This document shows positions 27,929-38,329 of a DNA stretch of 64,000 bases, in pieces. Source of the DNA: an uncultured Acidobacteriota bacterium (GTDB lineage: Bacteria; Acidobacteriota; Thermoanaerobaculia; Multivoradales; UBA5704); contig CAVYRF010000002.1 in assembly GCA_963770895.1 (NCBI GenBank), forward strand, positions 3,488,001 through 3,552,000. Reading direction: 5' to 3'. Position 1 is the first letter of the stretch. Each line of letters begins with the position of its first letter. A program made the translations under genes and the position numbers. A model generated the notes under the pieces. The model did not search any database, had not been told where the DNA came from, and saw only the letters and a list, made by a program, of their open reading frames with translations.

Positions 27929-29491
27929 TCAGGGCAGCTGCAGAAAGTCGCTCAAGCCGTCGGCGTCGGCGCGGCCGATGGCGCGGGCCAGGTTGAGCTT
28001 GGCGAGGTTGTGGGCGAACAGGCTGTTGATGCGGTCCAGCTCGGCGGCGGCCAGGGACTCTTCGGTCTGCACGACTTCCAGGTTGTCGGTGACGCCGGCG
28101 GCGAAGCGCTGGCGGGTCAGGTCCAGGCTTTCGCGGGTGACGTCGAGGTTGCGCTGGGCGAGGTCGACCTGGCTGGCGGCGGCTTGCAGGTCCAGGTAGG
28201 CCTTGCGGACTTCGGCTTCGACCTGGGCGGTGAGGTCGGCCAGCTCGGCGCGCCGCTGGTCGAGCGCGGCGGCGGCGGAGTCGGCGTGGCCGCCGGCGCG
28301 GCCGCCTTCCCAGATGGGCACGTGCAGGATGCCCACCAGGGTGTAGGTGGGCTGTGAATCGGCCAGGGTGGTGCCGATCTTGCCGTAGTCGGCGTTGAAC
28401 GACAGCGAGGGGAGGCGCTCGTCGTGGGCGGCGGCCAGCGCCAGCTCGGCGGCGCGCACCTGGGCGCCGGCGGATTGCAGGTCGGCGCGCTGGCCGGCGG
28501 CCTGACGCAGGGCGTCGTCCAGGGCGAGCGCCGGGGCGGCGGCGAAGGGGATCTCCTGGTCCAGGTCGTAGCGATCGGTGGGGGGCAGGCCGATCATGCG
28601 CGCCAGGTCGATCTTCTGCTTGGCAAAATCGTTTTGCAGCGAGGTGAGGCGCTGCTGCTCGGCGAGCTCCTGCACCTGGGCGCGATTGACGTCGAGCTGG
28701 GCGACCAGGCCGACGGAGCGCTGCTGGGCGGTCTGCTGGTGGAAGGCCCGCGCGCTGTCCAGGCGGGCGCTGGCCGATTCCATGCGAGCCCGCGCGGCGC
28801 AGGCTTGCAGGTAGGCGCCGCCGACGCCCAGGACGATCTCGGCGCGGGCGTCGGTCATCGCCAGGCGGTTGGCGCGCAGGGTCTGGGCGGCGGCGCGGTA
28901 GTTGTTCCAGGCGACCAGGTTGAGCACCTGCTGCGACAGGCGCGCCCGCAGGTCGAAGTAGTGAAACGGTCCCACCACGCTGGGCAGCGCGAAGCCGGGG
29001 GCGTGCAGGCTGGTGAAGCCGAAGGCCGCCAGGTCGACCTTTTCGTCGGTGCCGGTCAGGTCGCCGGTGAGGTTGGGCAGCAGCGCGCTGAGCGCGGCGC
29101 GGCTCTGGCCCGCCGCCTGGTGCACCGCCTGGGTCAGGCCGACGATGCCGAGGTTGTAATCGAGGCCGCGGCGGACGGCGTCGCGCAAGGTGAGCTTGCC
29201 GGCGAGCGGCGCGCCGGTTGCCGGGACGCTGCCGGTGTAGGCGCCGCCGATCTGCAGGCCGGGATTGAGGGTGTCGACGCTCGCGGTGGTGCCGGGAACC
29301 GGCGACTGGATCGCCGTCACCGACCCGCCTGGCGCGCCGCGGCCGGACAGCGGCAGCGGCGCGGCCTGGGTGGTGGCGCCGCCGCCGCCGCCCGGCGCCT
29401 GGGCGGCTGAAGGCGCCGCGGCAGCCAGCAGCGCCGCGACGGCAAGAGCGGCGGCAAGGCCGCTGGGTTTAGCCGGGAGCTTCCCGCACAT
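27929..29491 (-). CDS. TolC-family outer membrane efflux protein
   Basis: LTLRDAV..NL, LLPNL, coiled-coil repeats; last gene of the efflux operon. Confidence 0.88.
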   Translation of the reverse strand: MCGKLPAKPSGLAAALAVAALLAAAAPSAAQAPGGGGGATTQAAPLPLSGRGAPGGSVTAIQSPVPGTTASVDTLNPGLQIGGAYTGSVPATGAPLAGKLTLRDAVRRGLDYNLGIVGLTQAVHQAAGQSRAALSALLPNLTGDLTGTDEKVDLAAFGFTSLHAPGFALPSVVGPFHYFDLRARLSQQVLNLVAWNNYRAAAQTLRANRLAMTDARAEIVLGVGGAYLQACAARARMESASARLDSARAFHQQTAQQRSVGLVAQLDVNRAQVQELAEQQRLTSLQNDFAKQKIDLARMIGLPPTDRYDLDQEIPFAAAPALALDDALRQAAGQRADLQSAGAQVRAAELALAAAHDERLPSLSFNADYGKIGTTLADSQPTYTLVGILHVPIWEGGRAGGHADSAAAALDQRRAELADLTAQVEAEVRKAYLDLQAAASQVDLAQRNLDVTRESLDLTRQRFAAGVTDNLEVVQTEESLAAAELDRINSLFAHNLAKLNLARAIGRADADGLSDFLQLP

Positions 29492-29529
29492 CGATCTCTC
29501 CTTGGCGCTTCAGGGCGGCGTCCACGGTG

Positions 29530-30738
29530 TCAGCCGAGCTGCTGCCGGAAGCGCCAGACGCTGGTCGACACCAGCAGCAGAGCGAACAGCAGCAGCGCCA
29601 GCAGGTGGGGCCACAGCGTGACGAAGCCGCTGCCCTTGATCATGTTGGCGCGCGCGATGACGCCGAAGTGGAAGACGGGGTTGAAGACGGTGAACGGTTG
29701 CATCCAGCGCGGCATGGCTTCGGCGGGGGTGAGCGCGCCCGACAGCGAGGACAGCGGCGGCGTGAGGAAGAACGTCACCAGCTGCGCCTGCTGGGCCGAC
29801 TTGGTGAAGGTGGCGATGAAGGTGCCGATGCCGATGCCGGTGAGCAGGCAGAGCGCGGCGCCCACCACGACGACCAGGATGTTGCCGCGAAAGGGCACGT
29901 GAAAGACGAAGCGGATGATGGCGATCGCCGTCAGCGTCATGCCGCAGAGCAGCACGAAGGGGGGCGCGATCTTGGCGACGATGATTTCAGAGGTGCTGGC
30001 GGGGGTCATCAGCAGCTGCTCGAGCGTGCCCGCTTCGCGCTCCTTGACCATGGTGGTCGAGGCGATGATCGAACCGTTCATGATCAGCAGCATGCCGAAC
30101 AGGCCGGTGACCACGAACCAGCTGGTGGTCAGCGCGGGATTGAACAGGAACGCCGGCACCAGCACCGCCTGGCCGCGCATGCCGGCTGTCGGTGGCGGTG
30201 GAGCGGACAGCGCCGCCTGTCCCGCCGGTGTCGCCGGCGCCGGCGGCAGCGGGGCGCGGATGCCGGCGGCGGCCAGGCCCTGGTTGTAGCTCTGCACGAT
30301 GCCGGTGGCGTAGCCGGCGCCGAGCGCCGCGGTGTTGGCGTTGACCGCGTTGAGCAGCACCTGGATGGTGGGCGCGCGGCCGCGGCGCAGGTCGCGGGCG
30401 AAGCCGTAGGGGATCACCACGCCGGCATCCAGGCTGCCGCGGCTGATCGCGTCGCCGAGCGCGGCGGGCGAGGCGTACGAGCCGGACAGCTGAAACGCCT
30501 TGCTTTCGGTGAGCGCTGCCGACAGCTCGCGGCTTTCGGGAGTGCGGCTGTCATCGACCACGCCCAGGTGGAGATTGGCTACCGCCGGGCTGAGCACGCT
30601 GCCGAACAACAGCAGCTGCAGGACGGGCGGCAGGATGAGCGACATGAGCACCCGCCGGTCGCGGCGGATCTGGTCCAGCTCCTTGGCGACCAGGGCCCGC
30701 ATCCGGTGATTCAACCAGCCGCGCAAAAGGTTTCGCAT
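29530..30738 (-). CDS. ABC-2 permease (YbhR-like)
   Basis: KELDQIRRD, KEREAGTLEQLLMTP, LSGALTP..MPRW. Confidence 0.9.
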   Translation of the reverse strand: MRNLLRGWLNHRMRALVAKELDQIRRDRRVLMSLILPPVLQLLLFGSVLSPAVANLHLGVVDDSRTPESRELSAALTESKAFQLSGSYASPAALGDAISRGSLDAGVVIPYGFARDLRRGRAPTIQVLLNAVNANTAALGAGYATGIVQSYNQGLAAAGIRAPLPPAPATPAGQAALSAPPPPTAGMRGQAVLVPAFLFNPALTTSWFVVTGLFGMLLIMNGSIIASTTMVKEREAGTLEQLLMTPASTSEIIVAKIAPPFVLLCGMTLTAIAIIRFVFHVPFRGNILVVVVGAALCLLTGIGIGTFIATFTKSAQQAQLVTFFLTPPLSSLSGALTPAEAMPRWMQPFTVFNPVFHFGVIARANMIKGSGFVTLWPHLLALLLFALLLVSTSVWRFRQQLG

Positions 30739-30768
30739 CGCTCGCTCGATTCGCCGGCTCGATCCGGT

Positions 30769-31950
30769 TCAATAGGGCAGCTGCATGCGCCGCAGGGTGC
30801 GCCAGCCGAGGGTGTAGAACAGCGTGCCGCTGGCGCCGATGATCAGGACCTTGTACCAGGTGGCCGGCCAGCCGCCGCCCTGGAGCAGCGCGTCGCGCAC
30901 GATTTCCACGTAGTAGCGGCCCCAGACGAAGTTGGACAGCCAGCGCAGCCCGACGGGGATGTTGGCGACCGGGTAGAGCAGCCCTGACAGCATGAAGACC
31001 AGCAGGAAGCCGCCCAGCAGCACGGCCTGCATCGCCGCCAGCTGGTTGGGGATCGCGGCGCCGACCATGGTGCCGAACGCCGAGACGCAGAAGGCGTACA
31101 GGACGGTCGCGACCAGGAACGGCGTCGGATCGCCGACGAAGCCGACGCCGAACAGGGTGAAGAGCAGCCCGATGAGCAGCGCGCACTCGCCGAAGGTCAC
31201 GATCATGAAGGAAAAAATCTTGCCTAGCAGCAGCTCGTGGGCGGAAATATTCGATACGTACACCTGCAGGATCGTTTTCTGTTCGCCTTCCTTGGCCATC
31301 GCCAGGCTTGCCAGGAGCGGTGGGAACATCGACACGGCGAGCACGAAGATGCCCGGCCCGAAGAACTTCTTGGACGACAGCCCGGGGTTGTACCAGAGCC
31401 GCACCACCGGCCGCACGCCGGGGGCGCCGGCGCCCGCGCCGCCCGCGCCGCCGGGGCCAGCCGGCGCCCGCGCCGCCGCGCCGGCTGCGCCGCCGGGGCC
31501 GGCGGCAGTGGCGTTGAACGCCGCGGTGACGCTGGCGGCGTAGGCGCCGATGAGCTTGGCGGTGTTGGCGTCCGAGGCGTCGACCAGCATCTGCACCGGT
31601 GCGGCGGCGCCGCGCGCCAGGTCGCGGCCGAAGTGCGGCGGGATGATGAGGGCGCCGCGCGCGGCGCTCGCAACCAGGGCGGATTCGGGCGAGCGGTCGG
31701 GCGGCCACGCCACGACGCGGAAGGTGAGCGAGGCGCGGAAGGCGTCGGCAAGACGCAGCGACGCCGGCGAACCGTCCAGGTCCTGGATGAGGATGGGGAG
31801 GTCGGAGACGGTGAGCGACAAGGCCGACCCGATCAGCACCAGCTGCAGCAGCGGCAGCCCGAGCGCCAGCGCCACGGCGAGCGGGTCGCGCAGCAGCTGG
31901 GTGAGCTCCTTGCGGGTCTGGGCGACGATGCGTCGCAGGGGATTGTGCAT
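30769..31950 (-). CDS. ABC-2 permease (YbhS-like)
   Basis: RKELTQLLRDP, WYNPGL, LSGLLYPVANIP. Confidence 0.9.
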   Translation of the reverse strand: MHNPLRRIVAQTRKELTQLLRDPLAVALALGLPLLQLVLIGSALSLTVSDLPILIQDLDGSPASLRLADAFRASLTFRVVAWPPDRSPESALVASAARGALIIPPHFGRDLARGAAAPVQMLVDASDANTAKLIGAYAASVTAAFNATAAGPGGAAGAAARAPAGPGGAGGAGAGAPGVRPVVRLWYNPGLSSKKFFGPGIFVLAVSMFPPLLASLAMAKEGEQKTILQVYVSNISAHELLLGKIFSFMIVTFGECALLIGLLFTLFGVGFVGDPTPFLVATVLYAFCVSAFGTMVGAAIPNQLAAMQAVLLGGFLLVFMLSGLLYPVANIPVGLRWLSNFVWGRYYVEIVRDALLQGGGWPATWYKVLIIGASGTLFYTLGWRTLRRMQLPY

Positions 31951-31968
31951 GGCTGGCTGGTCGCTCCC

Positions 31969-33957
31969 TCAGTCTTCGGCCGCCACCTTGCCTTGCAGGC
32001 GCGCCCGCTCGACGATCTGGATGAAGGCGTCTTCGAGCGACAGGCGCCCCTGGCGCGCGGCGAGGACGCGGATGCCCGCCGCGTTGAGCTTGGCGGTCAG
32101 GTCGCGCAGGGCCTGGTCGGGTTGCTCGTCGGTGAAGACGTGCAGGCGATCGCCGAAGACCGACACCCGCCAGGGCTCGATCTCGGTGCGCAGCAGGTCG
32201 GCGGCGCGCTGCGCCGGGTCGGCCACCAACTCCAGGAGGTGGCCGGGCTGCTGGCTCTTGATCCCGGTCGGGGTCCCTTCGGCGACCAGCTCGCCGGCGA
32301 CCATCAGGCCGAGCCGGTTGCACTGCTCGGCTTCCTCCAGGTAGTGGGTGGTGACCAGGATGGCGGTGCCGGTGTCGGCCAGCCGGTTGATCAGCGTCCA
32401 GAAGGAGCGGCGGGCCAGCGGATCGACTCCCGAGGTGGGCTCGTCCAGGAACAGCACGCGCGGCTCGTGCATGATGGCGGCGCCGAAGGCGACGCGCTGC
32501 TTCCAGCCGGTGGGGAGGCTGCCGACCAGCTGGTTTTCCTTGCCGGTGAGGCCGGCGAAGGCGACCACCCAGCGGATCTTTTCGGCGCGCTCGGCGGGCG
32601 GCACGCCGTAGACGCCGGCGAAGAACTCCAGGTTGCTGGCCAGCGGCAGGTCGTCGTACAGCGAGAACTTCTGCGACATGTAGCCCACCCGCTGGCGCAC
32701 CTCGCGCGAGCGCACGTCGCCGCTTTCGCTCGCCAGCTGCACCTTGCCGCTGGTCGGATCGAGCAGGCCGCACAGCATGCGGATCATCGTCGTCTTGCCG
32801 GCGCCGTTGGCGCCGAGCAGGCCGTAGACCTCGCCGTAGCTCACCTGCAGGCTCACCTGGTCGACCGCGGTGAAGGCGCCGAACTGCTTGGTCAGGCGGT
32901 CGCCGCCGATCGCCACCTGCCCCTTGCCGGCGGCGTGATCGTGGCGGCCGGGGAAGGGCACCCGCGGCACCTCGTAGCCCAGGCTGCGCAGTCGCGCCAC
33001 CAGGACGTTTTCGAGCATCGGCTGGTCGCGTTGCAGCTCGATGCCGTCACCCAACGCCTGGCGGACGGCGTGCTCCGCCTGGTCCGGCTGGTGGACCAGC
33101 AGGTCCAGGCGGTCGCCGAAGCGCTGGATGTCATCGATCGGCTGGTCGGGGCCGCAGATGGGGGCCAGGGCGCGCTCGGCGGCGCCGAGGTCGGCGGCGC
33201 GCAGCTCCAGGCGGGTGGCGCCCAGGCTGGCGCGCAGCTGGGCGGGGGTGCCGACCTGCTGGATGACGCCCTGGTGCAGGAACGCCACCCGATGGCAGCG
33301 CTCGGCTTCGTCCAGGTAGGGCGTGGCGACCAGGATGGTCAGGCCGTCGGCGGCCAGGTGCACGAGCGCGTCCCACAGCTCGCGGCGCGACACCGGGTCG
33401 ACGCCGGTCGTGGGCTCGTCGAGCAGCAGCACGCGCGGTTGCGGCACCAGCGCCGCGACCAGGGCCAGCTTCTGCTTCATGCCGCCGCTCAGCTTGCCGG
33501 CCAGGCGGTCGGTGAAGCGGTCCATGTCGAACATGCGCAGGTAGCGCAGGCTGCGCTCGGCGATCTGGTGCGGCGGGATGAGGCGCAGATCGCCGATGTA
33601 GCGGATGTTTTCGGCGACGCTCAGGTCGAGGTAGAGGCTGAAGCTCTGCGTCAGGTAGCCGGTCTGCGCCCGCATCTCGCGCGCCGGGCGGCCGAACACG
33701 CGGGCGCTGCCCGCGGTCGCTTCCATGACGCCGGCGAGGACCTGAAAGGTGCTGGTCTTGCCGGCGCCGTCGGCGCCGATGAGGCCGAAGATTTCGCCCT
33801 CTTCGACGGTGAAATCGATGCCGCGCACGGCCTTGACCGCGCCGTACTCCTTGCTGAGCGACTGGACCTGAATGGCGCCGCGCGGCTGGCGGGCCGGCGC
33901 TGCCGGCGGCTCCGCCACCGTCGCGGCCGTCGCCGTGGGGGCGGCGGCAGGGCTCAC
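31969..33957 (-). CDS. Dual-ATPase ABC subunit (YbhF-like)
   Basis: GADGAGKT, LSGGMKQK, LLLDEPTTGVD, then second GANGAGKTT and FLDEPTSGVD. GTG start overlaps the HlyD stop. Confidence 0.92.
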   Translation of the reverse strand: MSPAAAPTATAATVAEPPAAPARQPRGAIQVQSLSKEYGAVKAVRGIDFTVEEGEIFGLIGADGAGKTSTFQVLAGVMEATAGSARVFGRPAREMRAQTGYLTQSFSLYLDLSVAENIRYIGDLRLIPPHQIAERSLRYLRMFDMDRFTDRLAGKLSGGMKQKLALVAALVPQPRVLLLDEPTTGVDPVSRRELWDALVHLAADGLTILVATPYLDEAERCHRVAFLHQGVIQQVGTPAQLRASLGATRLELRAADLGAAERALAPICGPDQPIDDIQRFGDRLDLLVHQPDQAEHAVRQALGDGIELQRDQPMLENVLVARLRSLGYEVPRVPFPGRHDHAAGKGQVAIGGDRLTKQFGAFTAVDQVSLQVSYGEVYGLLGANGAGKTTMIRMLCGLLDPTSGKVQLASESGDVRSREVRQRVGYMSQKFSLYDDLPLASNLEFFAGVYGVPPAERAEKIRWVVAFAGLTGKENQLVGSLPTGWKQRVAFGAAIMHEPRVLFLDEPTSGVDPLARRSFWTLINRLADTGTAILVTTHYLEEAEQCNRLGLMVAGELVAEGTPTGIKSQQPGHLLELVADPAQRAADLLRTEIEPWRVSVFGDRLHVFTDEQPDQALRDLTAKLNAAGIRVLAARQGRLSLEDAFIQIVERARLQGKVAAED

Positions 33958-35333
33958 GGCGCGACCCGCTTGGACGGCCAGGCGTCGCGGGTCAGGATCT
34001 CGCCGTCGGCCGGCATGCCCGGCTTGGCGTAGCCGGCAGCCGCCTGCGGCCCGAGCTGCAGCTTGACGCCGACCACCTGCTTGACGCGGTCTTCGCGGAA
34101 GTAGGTGTTTTCGGGGGTGAACGACGCCGCGGGGTCGATGCGCGACACGAAGGCGTCGACCGGCTGCCGGGGATTGGAGTCCAGGTAGAGCCGCGCCGCC
34201 TGGCCCACCCGCACGGCGCCGATCTGGCCTTCGGGGACGAAGCCGCGCAGATAGACCTTGTGGAGGTCGAGCAGGGTGACCACCGGCGTCCCGGCGGTGA
34301 TCACTTCGCCGGGTTCGACGGTGCGGGTGCTGATGGTGCCGGCAAACGGCGCCGTCACCACCAGGTCGCGGCGGTTGGCCTGCGCTTCGGCGAGCTGCGC
34401 CTGGGCCTGGCCGATCTGCGCCGCGGCGCTGGCCGCCTGCGCCTGCTGCTGCACGATCTGGGCGCGCACGGCGTCGACGCGGGCGACGTGGATGTCGGGA
34501 TTGTCCAGGTTGGCCTGGGCGGTGGCCAGGGCGCCGCGCGCCGCTTCGGCGCGCCGCTTGGCGGCGGCGGTCGCCGCCGCCTGCTGGCCGGCGGTGGCCA
34601 CGGCCTGCTTGCCCTGGCGCTCGGACACGGCGCCGGTCGCGGCCAGCTTGGTATAGGCGTCCTGGTCGAACAGGGCCAGCTGCAGCGCCGCCTCCTGCTG
34701 CGCCGTATCGGCTTCGGCGGCGGCCAGGTCGGCGGTCGCCTGGCGCACGCGTCCGGCGGCGTCTGTGGTGGCCTGCCGGGTCTGGATCTGCTCCTGGCGC
34801 AGCTGGTCCTGCAGGATGGTGATCTGCTCGAGCGCCGCGCGGCTCTGCGCCTGGGCCTGGGCCAGCGCGGCGCGGGCCTGGTCTTCGCGCGCCCGCACCT
34901 GGTCGTCGGCGAGCACCGCCAGCACGGCGCCGGCCGCCACCACGTCGCCCTCGCGCACCCGCACCTGCAGCACGCGGCCGCCGGTGTTGGGCGCCACCGC
35001 CGAGTCGTCGCCCTCGATGCGGCCGCTGACCGTGACGATGTTGTCCGGTACGTGCGGTCCGGCAAAGAACACGCGCCACGCCACGATGCCGGCCAGAACG
35101 ACCGCCGCCGCCAGCAGGATCCACTTGATCCGCGAGCCGGCCGCCGGCCTGGCCGGCGGCGCGGCGGGTTCGCCGGGGGGTGCGGCGGGATCTGCCGGCG
35201 GTGCGGCGGCGGGCCTGCCCGGCGCGGCCGTCTGCGCCGGCGGCGCGGCTGCCGCGCCGTCCTCTGGCGAAGCGGATTGCGGGTCCCGACGTTCCGTCTG
35301 GACGCGGGCGTCGGCGGCTGGCGATTGCGTCAT
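33954..35333 (-). CDS. HlyD-family membrane fusion protein (YbhG-like)
   Basis: N-terminal TM, SGRIEG, VREGDVV, APFAG, ASFTPEN, KPGMPADG. Confidence 0.9.
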   Translation of the reverse strand: MTQSPAADARVQTERRDPQSASPEDGAAAAPPAQTAAPGRPAAAPPADPAAPPGEPAAPPARPAAGSRIKWILLAAAVVLAGIVAWRVFFAGPHVPDNIVTVSGRIEGDDSAVAPNTGGRVLQVRVREGDVVAAGAVLAVLADDQVRAREDQARAALAQAQAQSRAALEQITILQDQLRQEQIQTRQATTDAAGRVRQATADLAAAEADTAQQEAALQLALFDQDAYTKLAATGAVSERQGKQAVATAGQQAAATAAAKRRAEAARGALATAQANLDNPDIHVARVDAVRAQIVQQQAQAASAAAQIGQAQAQLAEAQANRRDLVVTAPFAGTISTRTVEPGEVITAGTPVVTLLDLHKVYLRGFVPEGQIGAVRVGQAARLYLDSNPRQPVDAFVSRIDPAASFTPENTYFREDRVKQVVGVKLQLGPQAAAGYAKPGMPADGEILTRDAWPSKRVAP

Positions 35334-36067
35334 GGTCGGGTCCTCGGTGCGCGGGTGGCGGCGTCGTGCCGCTGCCGGGCGGCGGCGTCGCGGCGGTGTC
35401 CGGCGCCGGCCTCCCGCAGGTAGGCGAGCGAAAAGTCGGCGATGTGGTCGGCGATCGGTCCCACCCTGGCGGGCGTCAACTGGTCCTGCGGCCACAGCTG
35501 CGCCAGCAGCGGCGAGCCCAGCACGTAGAACAGGATCTGCCCCACGATGCTGTAGGCGCACAGGTGCGTCTGGGGATCGTCGGCAGGCAGGTCCAGGATC
35601 TTGCCGATCAGCTCCAGCATGCGCGCGAACAGCGGCCGGCTCACGGTTTCGGTGATGTGCGCCAGCGCCGGCGTGGGGTGGGCGAACTCATGCGCCATGA
35701 TGCCCAGCTGCCAGTCCGCCAGGCCGCGCCGCGCCGCGCCTTCGAGCCGGGCGCGGATCACGGCGCGCAGCATCTCTTCGGGCGGCGCGTCGCTGTCGAA
35801 AGCGTCGCGCATCGCGTCGATGCGGGACGCCTTGACCGATTCCTGCAGCACCGCCGTGTACAGGCCCAACTTGTCGCCGAAGTGATAGTTGATCGCCGCC
35901 ACGTTGGCGCCCGCCCGCCGGCAGATCTCCCGCACCGTCGCCGCCTGGAAGCCGCGCTCCGCGAACACCCGGCCCGCCGCCTCGATCAGCTTGTCGCGCG
36001 TCGCGTCGCTCCCCGCCGTCCCCCTGGCCGAGTCCGTGCCCGCCCTGCTGGATGCCGCGCGCGCCAT
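35330..36067 (-). CDS. TetR-family regulator (CecR/YbiH-like)
   Basis: HTH TVREICRRAGANVAAINYHFGDKLGLY; first gene of the ybh-like operon. Confidence 0.88.
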   Translation of the reverse strand: MARAASSRAGTDSARGTAGSDATRDKLIEAAGRVFAERGFQAATVREICRRAGANVAAINYHFGDKLGLYTAVLQESVKASRIDAMRDAFDSDAPPEEMLRAVIRARLEGAARRGLADWQLGIMAHEFAHPTPALAHITETVSRPLFARMLELIGKILDLPADDPQTHLCAYSIVGQILFYVLGSPLLAQLWPQDQLTPARVGPIADHIADFSLAYLREAGAGHRRDAAARQRHDAATRAPRTRP

Positions 36068-36077
36068 GGCAAACAGA

Positions 36078-36107
36078 AGTTTAAAGCGCGTGTTTGACTT
36101 GCGTCAA
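36078..36107 (-). promoter_or_regulatory. Putative sigma70 promoter with overlapping TetR operator
   Basis: Minus strand TTGACG-N18-TAAACT, 10 nt upstream of the TetR ATG; imperfect palindrome TCAAAC-N5-CTTTAA in the spacer. Confidence 0.5.
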
Positions 36108-36790
36108 GAGACGGCGTCGGCGGCCGCCATGAACTGAAAGATGAATTCGAACAGCTCCAGATGGTTCTGGGCGGCCTGGGCGTCGTCGCCCCACACGGTC
36201 AGGCCGTGGTCGCGGATCAGGAATCCGGGCAGGCGCGGCGGCGCGGCGCGGAAGCTCTCTTCCATCTGGGCCGCGATGTCCGGCACGTGGGTATGGTTGG
36301 GGAAGTGCGCGACCGCCACGGCCGGGCGCTCTTCCCAGACGCCCAGACCCTTGAGCATCTCGATTGGCGGCAGGCGGACGTGCGCCGCGGAGCCGGCCCG
36401 GTACGACACCACGTTGGCGGCGACGGTGTGCACGTGATAGCAGGCGGCAGCCTGGGGGAAGAGGCGATAGACGACCTGGTGCAGCGCCGCCTCCGCCGAC
36501 GGCCGGTCCTGGTCGCGGCCGCGCTCCAGCAGGTCGCCGTCCGGCCCCATGCGCACGAAGTCGCGCCGGCCCAGGGCGCCCTTGCCCTTGCCGCTGGCGG
36601 TGATCCAGAAGGAGCGGTCGGGCAGCCGGAGTGACAGGTTGCCGGCGGTACCCATCATCCAGCCGCGGCCGTACAGGCGGCGCGCCGTGGCCGCCAGCGC
36701 GCGGCGCGGGTCTTGCTGCCGCGGCGCGGCGCCGGGCGCGTCCTGCCGGGTTGGGGAGTGCGGTGCGGCGTCCTCGGGCGGCGAGCTCAA
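36104..36790 (-). CDS. mtnB: Methylthioribulose-1-phosphate dehydratase
   Basis: GWMMGTAGNLS, ITASG..KG, RPSAEAALH, CYHVHT, EMLKG, LIRDHGLTVWG; TTG start after AGGAG. Confidence 0.9.
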   Translation of the reverse strand: MSSPPEDAAPHSPTRQDAPGAAPRQQDPRRALAATARRLYGRGWMMGTAGNLSLRLPDRSFWITASGKGKGALGRRDFVRMGPDGDLLERGRDQDRPSAEAALHQVVYRLFPQAAACYHVHTVAANVVSYRAGSAAHVRLPPIEMLKGLGVWEERPAVAVAHFPNHTHVPDIAAQMEESFRAAPPRLPGFLIRDHGLTVWGDDAQAAQNHLELFEFIFQFMAAADAVS

Positions 36791-36945
36791 GCGGGCTCCT
36801 TGGGGAGGCGGGTGGAAGGTGGCGGGCGCGGGGACAAGGGCGCGGCCGTCACAGTAACAGTGGCGGAGTGCTGTCCACAAGTGATCAAATCGGTACACAA
36901 GAGGAGTGAGGCGGGACAGCTGCGCCTCAATAAGGAGACCATGCC

Positions 36946-37515
36946 ATGGCCATCGTGACCTACCGCGAATCGGGGCGGGTGCTCGAAGATGCAGCGGCGA
37001 TCGGCGACGCCCTGGCGCCGTTGGGGATCTGGTATCGCCGCTTCGAGGGCTCGGATCAGCTTGCCGACGACGCCACCGATCAGCAGATCCTGGACGCGTA
37101 TCGCGAACCGATCGAACAGCTCATGGCCGAAGGCGGCTACGTCACCGCCGACGTGATCAATATCAAGCCCGAGGTGCCCGGCCTGGAAGGCATGCTCAAC
37201 CGCTTCAACAAAGAGCACTACCACGACGAAGACGAAGTGCGTTTCATCGTCCACGGCCGCGGCCTGTTTCACATCCACCCGCAGAGCGAGCCGCGCGAGG
37301 TGTTCAGCATCGAAGTGCTCAAGGGCGACATGATCCGCGTGCCGCGCGGCACCCATCATTGGTTCGACCTGTGCGCCGATCGCACCATCCGCGCCATCCG
37401 CCTGTTTCAGGACCAGTCGGGCTGGACGCCGCACTACACCCAAAGCGGCACCGACGCGCGCCACCAGCCGCTCTGCTTCGGGCCGCGCTACCTGCCGCAC
37501 GCTCCGGCGCTCTAG
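36946..37515 (+). CDS. mtnD: Acireductone dioxygenase
   Basis: EHYHDEDEVRF, GDMIRVPRGTHHWF, AIRLFQDQSGW. Confidence 0.92.
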   Translation: MAIVTYRESGRVLEDAAAIGDALAPLGIWYRRFEGSDQLADDATDQQILDAYREPIEQLMAEGGYVTADVINIKPEVPGLEGMLNRFNKEHYHDEDEVRFIVHGRGLFHIHPQSEPREVFSIEVLKGDMIRVPRGTHHWFDLCADRTIRAIRLFQDQSGWTPHYTQSGTDARHQPLCFGPRYLPHAPAL

Positions 37516-37528
37516 GAAAGCCTTGCCG

Positions 37529-38329
37529 ATGGCTCTACCGGTTGGATTGCGCGGCGTGCTGACCGATATCGAAGGCACGACGACGGCGATCTCGTTCGTC
37601 TACCAGACGCTCTTTCCGTACGCGGCGGCGCGGCTGGATGCCGTGTGCGCGCGGGCCGCGGCGGCGAGCGGCGCCGGCGGCGACAGCGCCGGCGACGTCG
37701 CACAGGTTGCCGCCGCGGTGGACCTGCTGCGCGGCGAATACGCCGCCGAGGCGGCTGCTGCCGCCGCGCCGCTGCCCGACTTTGGCGACGGTGCGCCCTA
37801 CGCCCACTACCTGATGGCTCAGGACCGCAAATCGACCGGCCTCAAGGCGCTCCAGGGCTTGATCTGGAAGCACGGCTACGACAGCGGCCGGCTGGTCAGC
37901 CAGGTCTTTGACGACGTGCCGCCGGCGCTCGCCGCCTGGCGGGCGGCGGGGCTGCGCCTGCGGGTGTTCTCTTCGGGCAGCCGGCAGGCGCAGCAGCAGC
38001 TGTTTGCGCGCACCGAGCACGGCGACCTGACGGCGCTCTTCGACGGCTTCCACGACACCACGACCGGGCCGAAGCGCGAGGTGGATGCCTACCGCAAGAT
38101 CGCGGCGGCCTTCGCGCTGCCGCCGGCGACGCTGCTGTTTCTGTCCGACGTGGCCGCGGAGCTGGACGCGGCGGCGGCGGCCGGGTACGCCACCGCGCTG
38201 GTGGTGCGGCCCGGCAACCCCGCGCAACCCGCGGGGCCTCACCCCGTGGTGCGCAGCTTTGACCAGCTGCTGCCGGATGCGGCGCCGGCCGCGGCGGCGG
38301 CGCTTGCTGGAAGGGATGGTGCGACATGA
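37529..38329 (+). CDS. mtnC: Enolase-phosphatase E1
   Basis: LTDIEGTT, LFPYA, DRKSTGLKALQGLIW, FSSGS, FLSDV.ELDAA. Confidence 0.92.
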   Translation: MALPVGLRGVLTDIEGTTTAISFVYQTLFPYAAARLDAVCARAAAASGAGGDSAGDVAQVAAAVDLLRGEYAAEAAAAAAPLPDFGDGAPYAHYLMAQDRKSTGLKALQGLIWKHGYDSGRLVSQVFDDVPPALAAWRAAGLRLRVFSSGSRQAQQQLFARTEHGDLTALFDGFHDTTTGPKREVDAYRKIAAAFALPPATLLFLSDVAAELDAAAAAGYATALVVRPGNPAQPAGPHPVVRSFDQLLPDAAPAAAAALAGRDGAT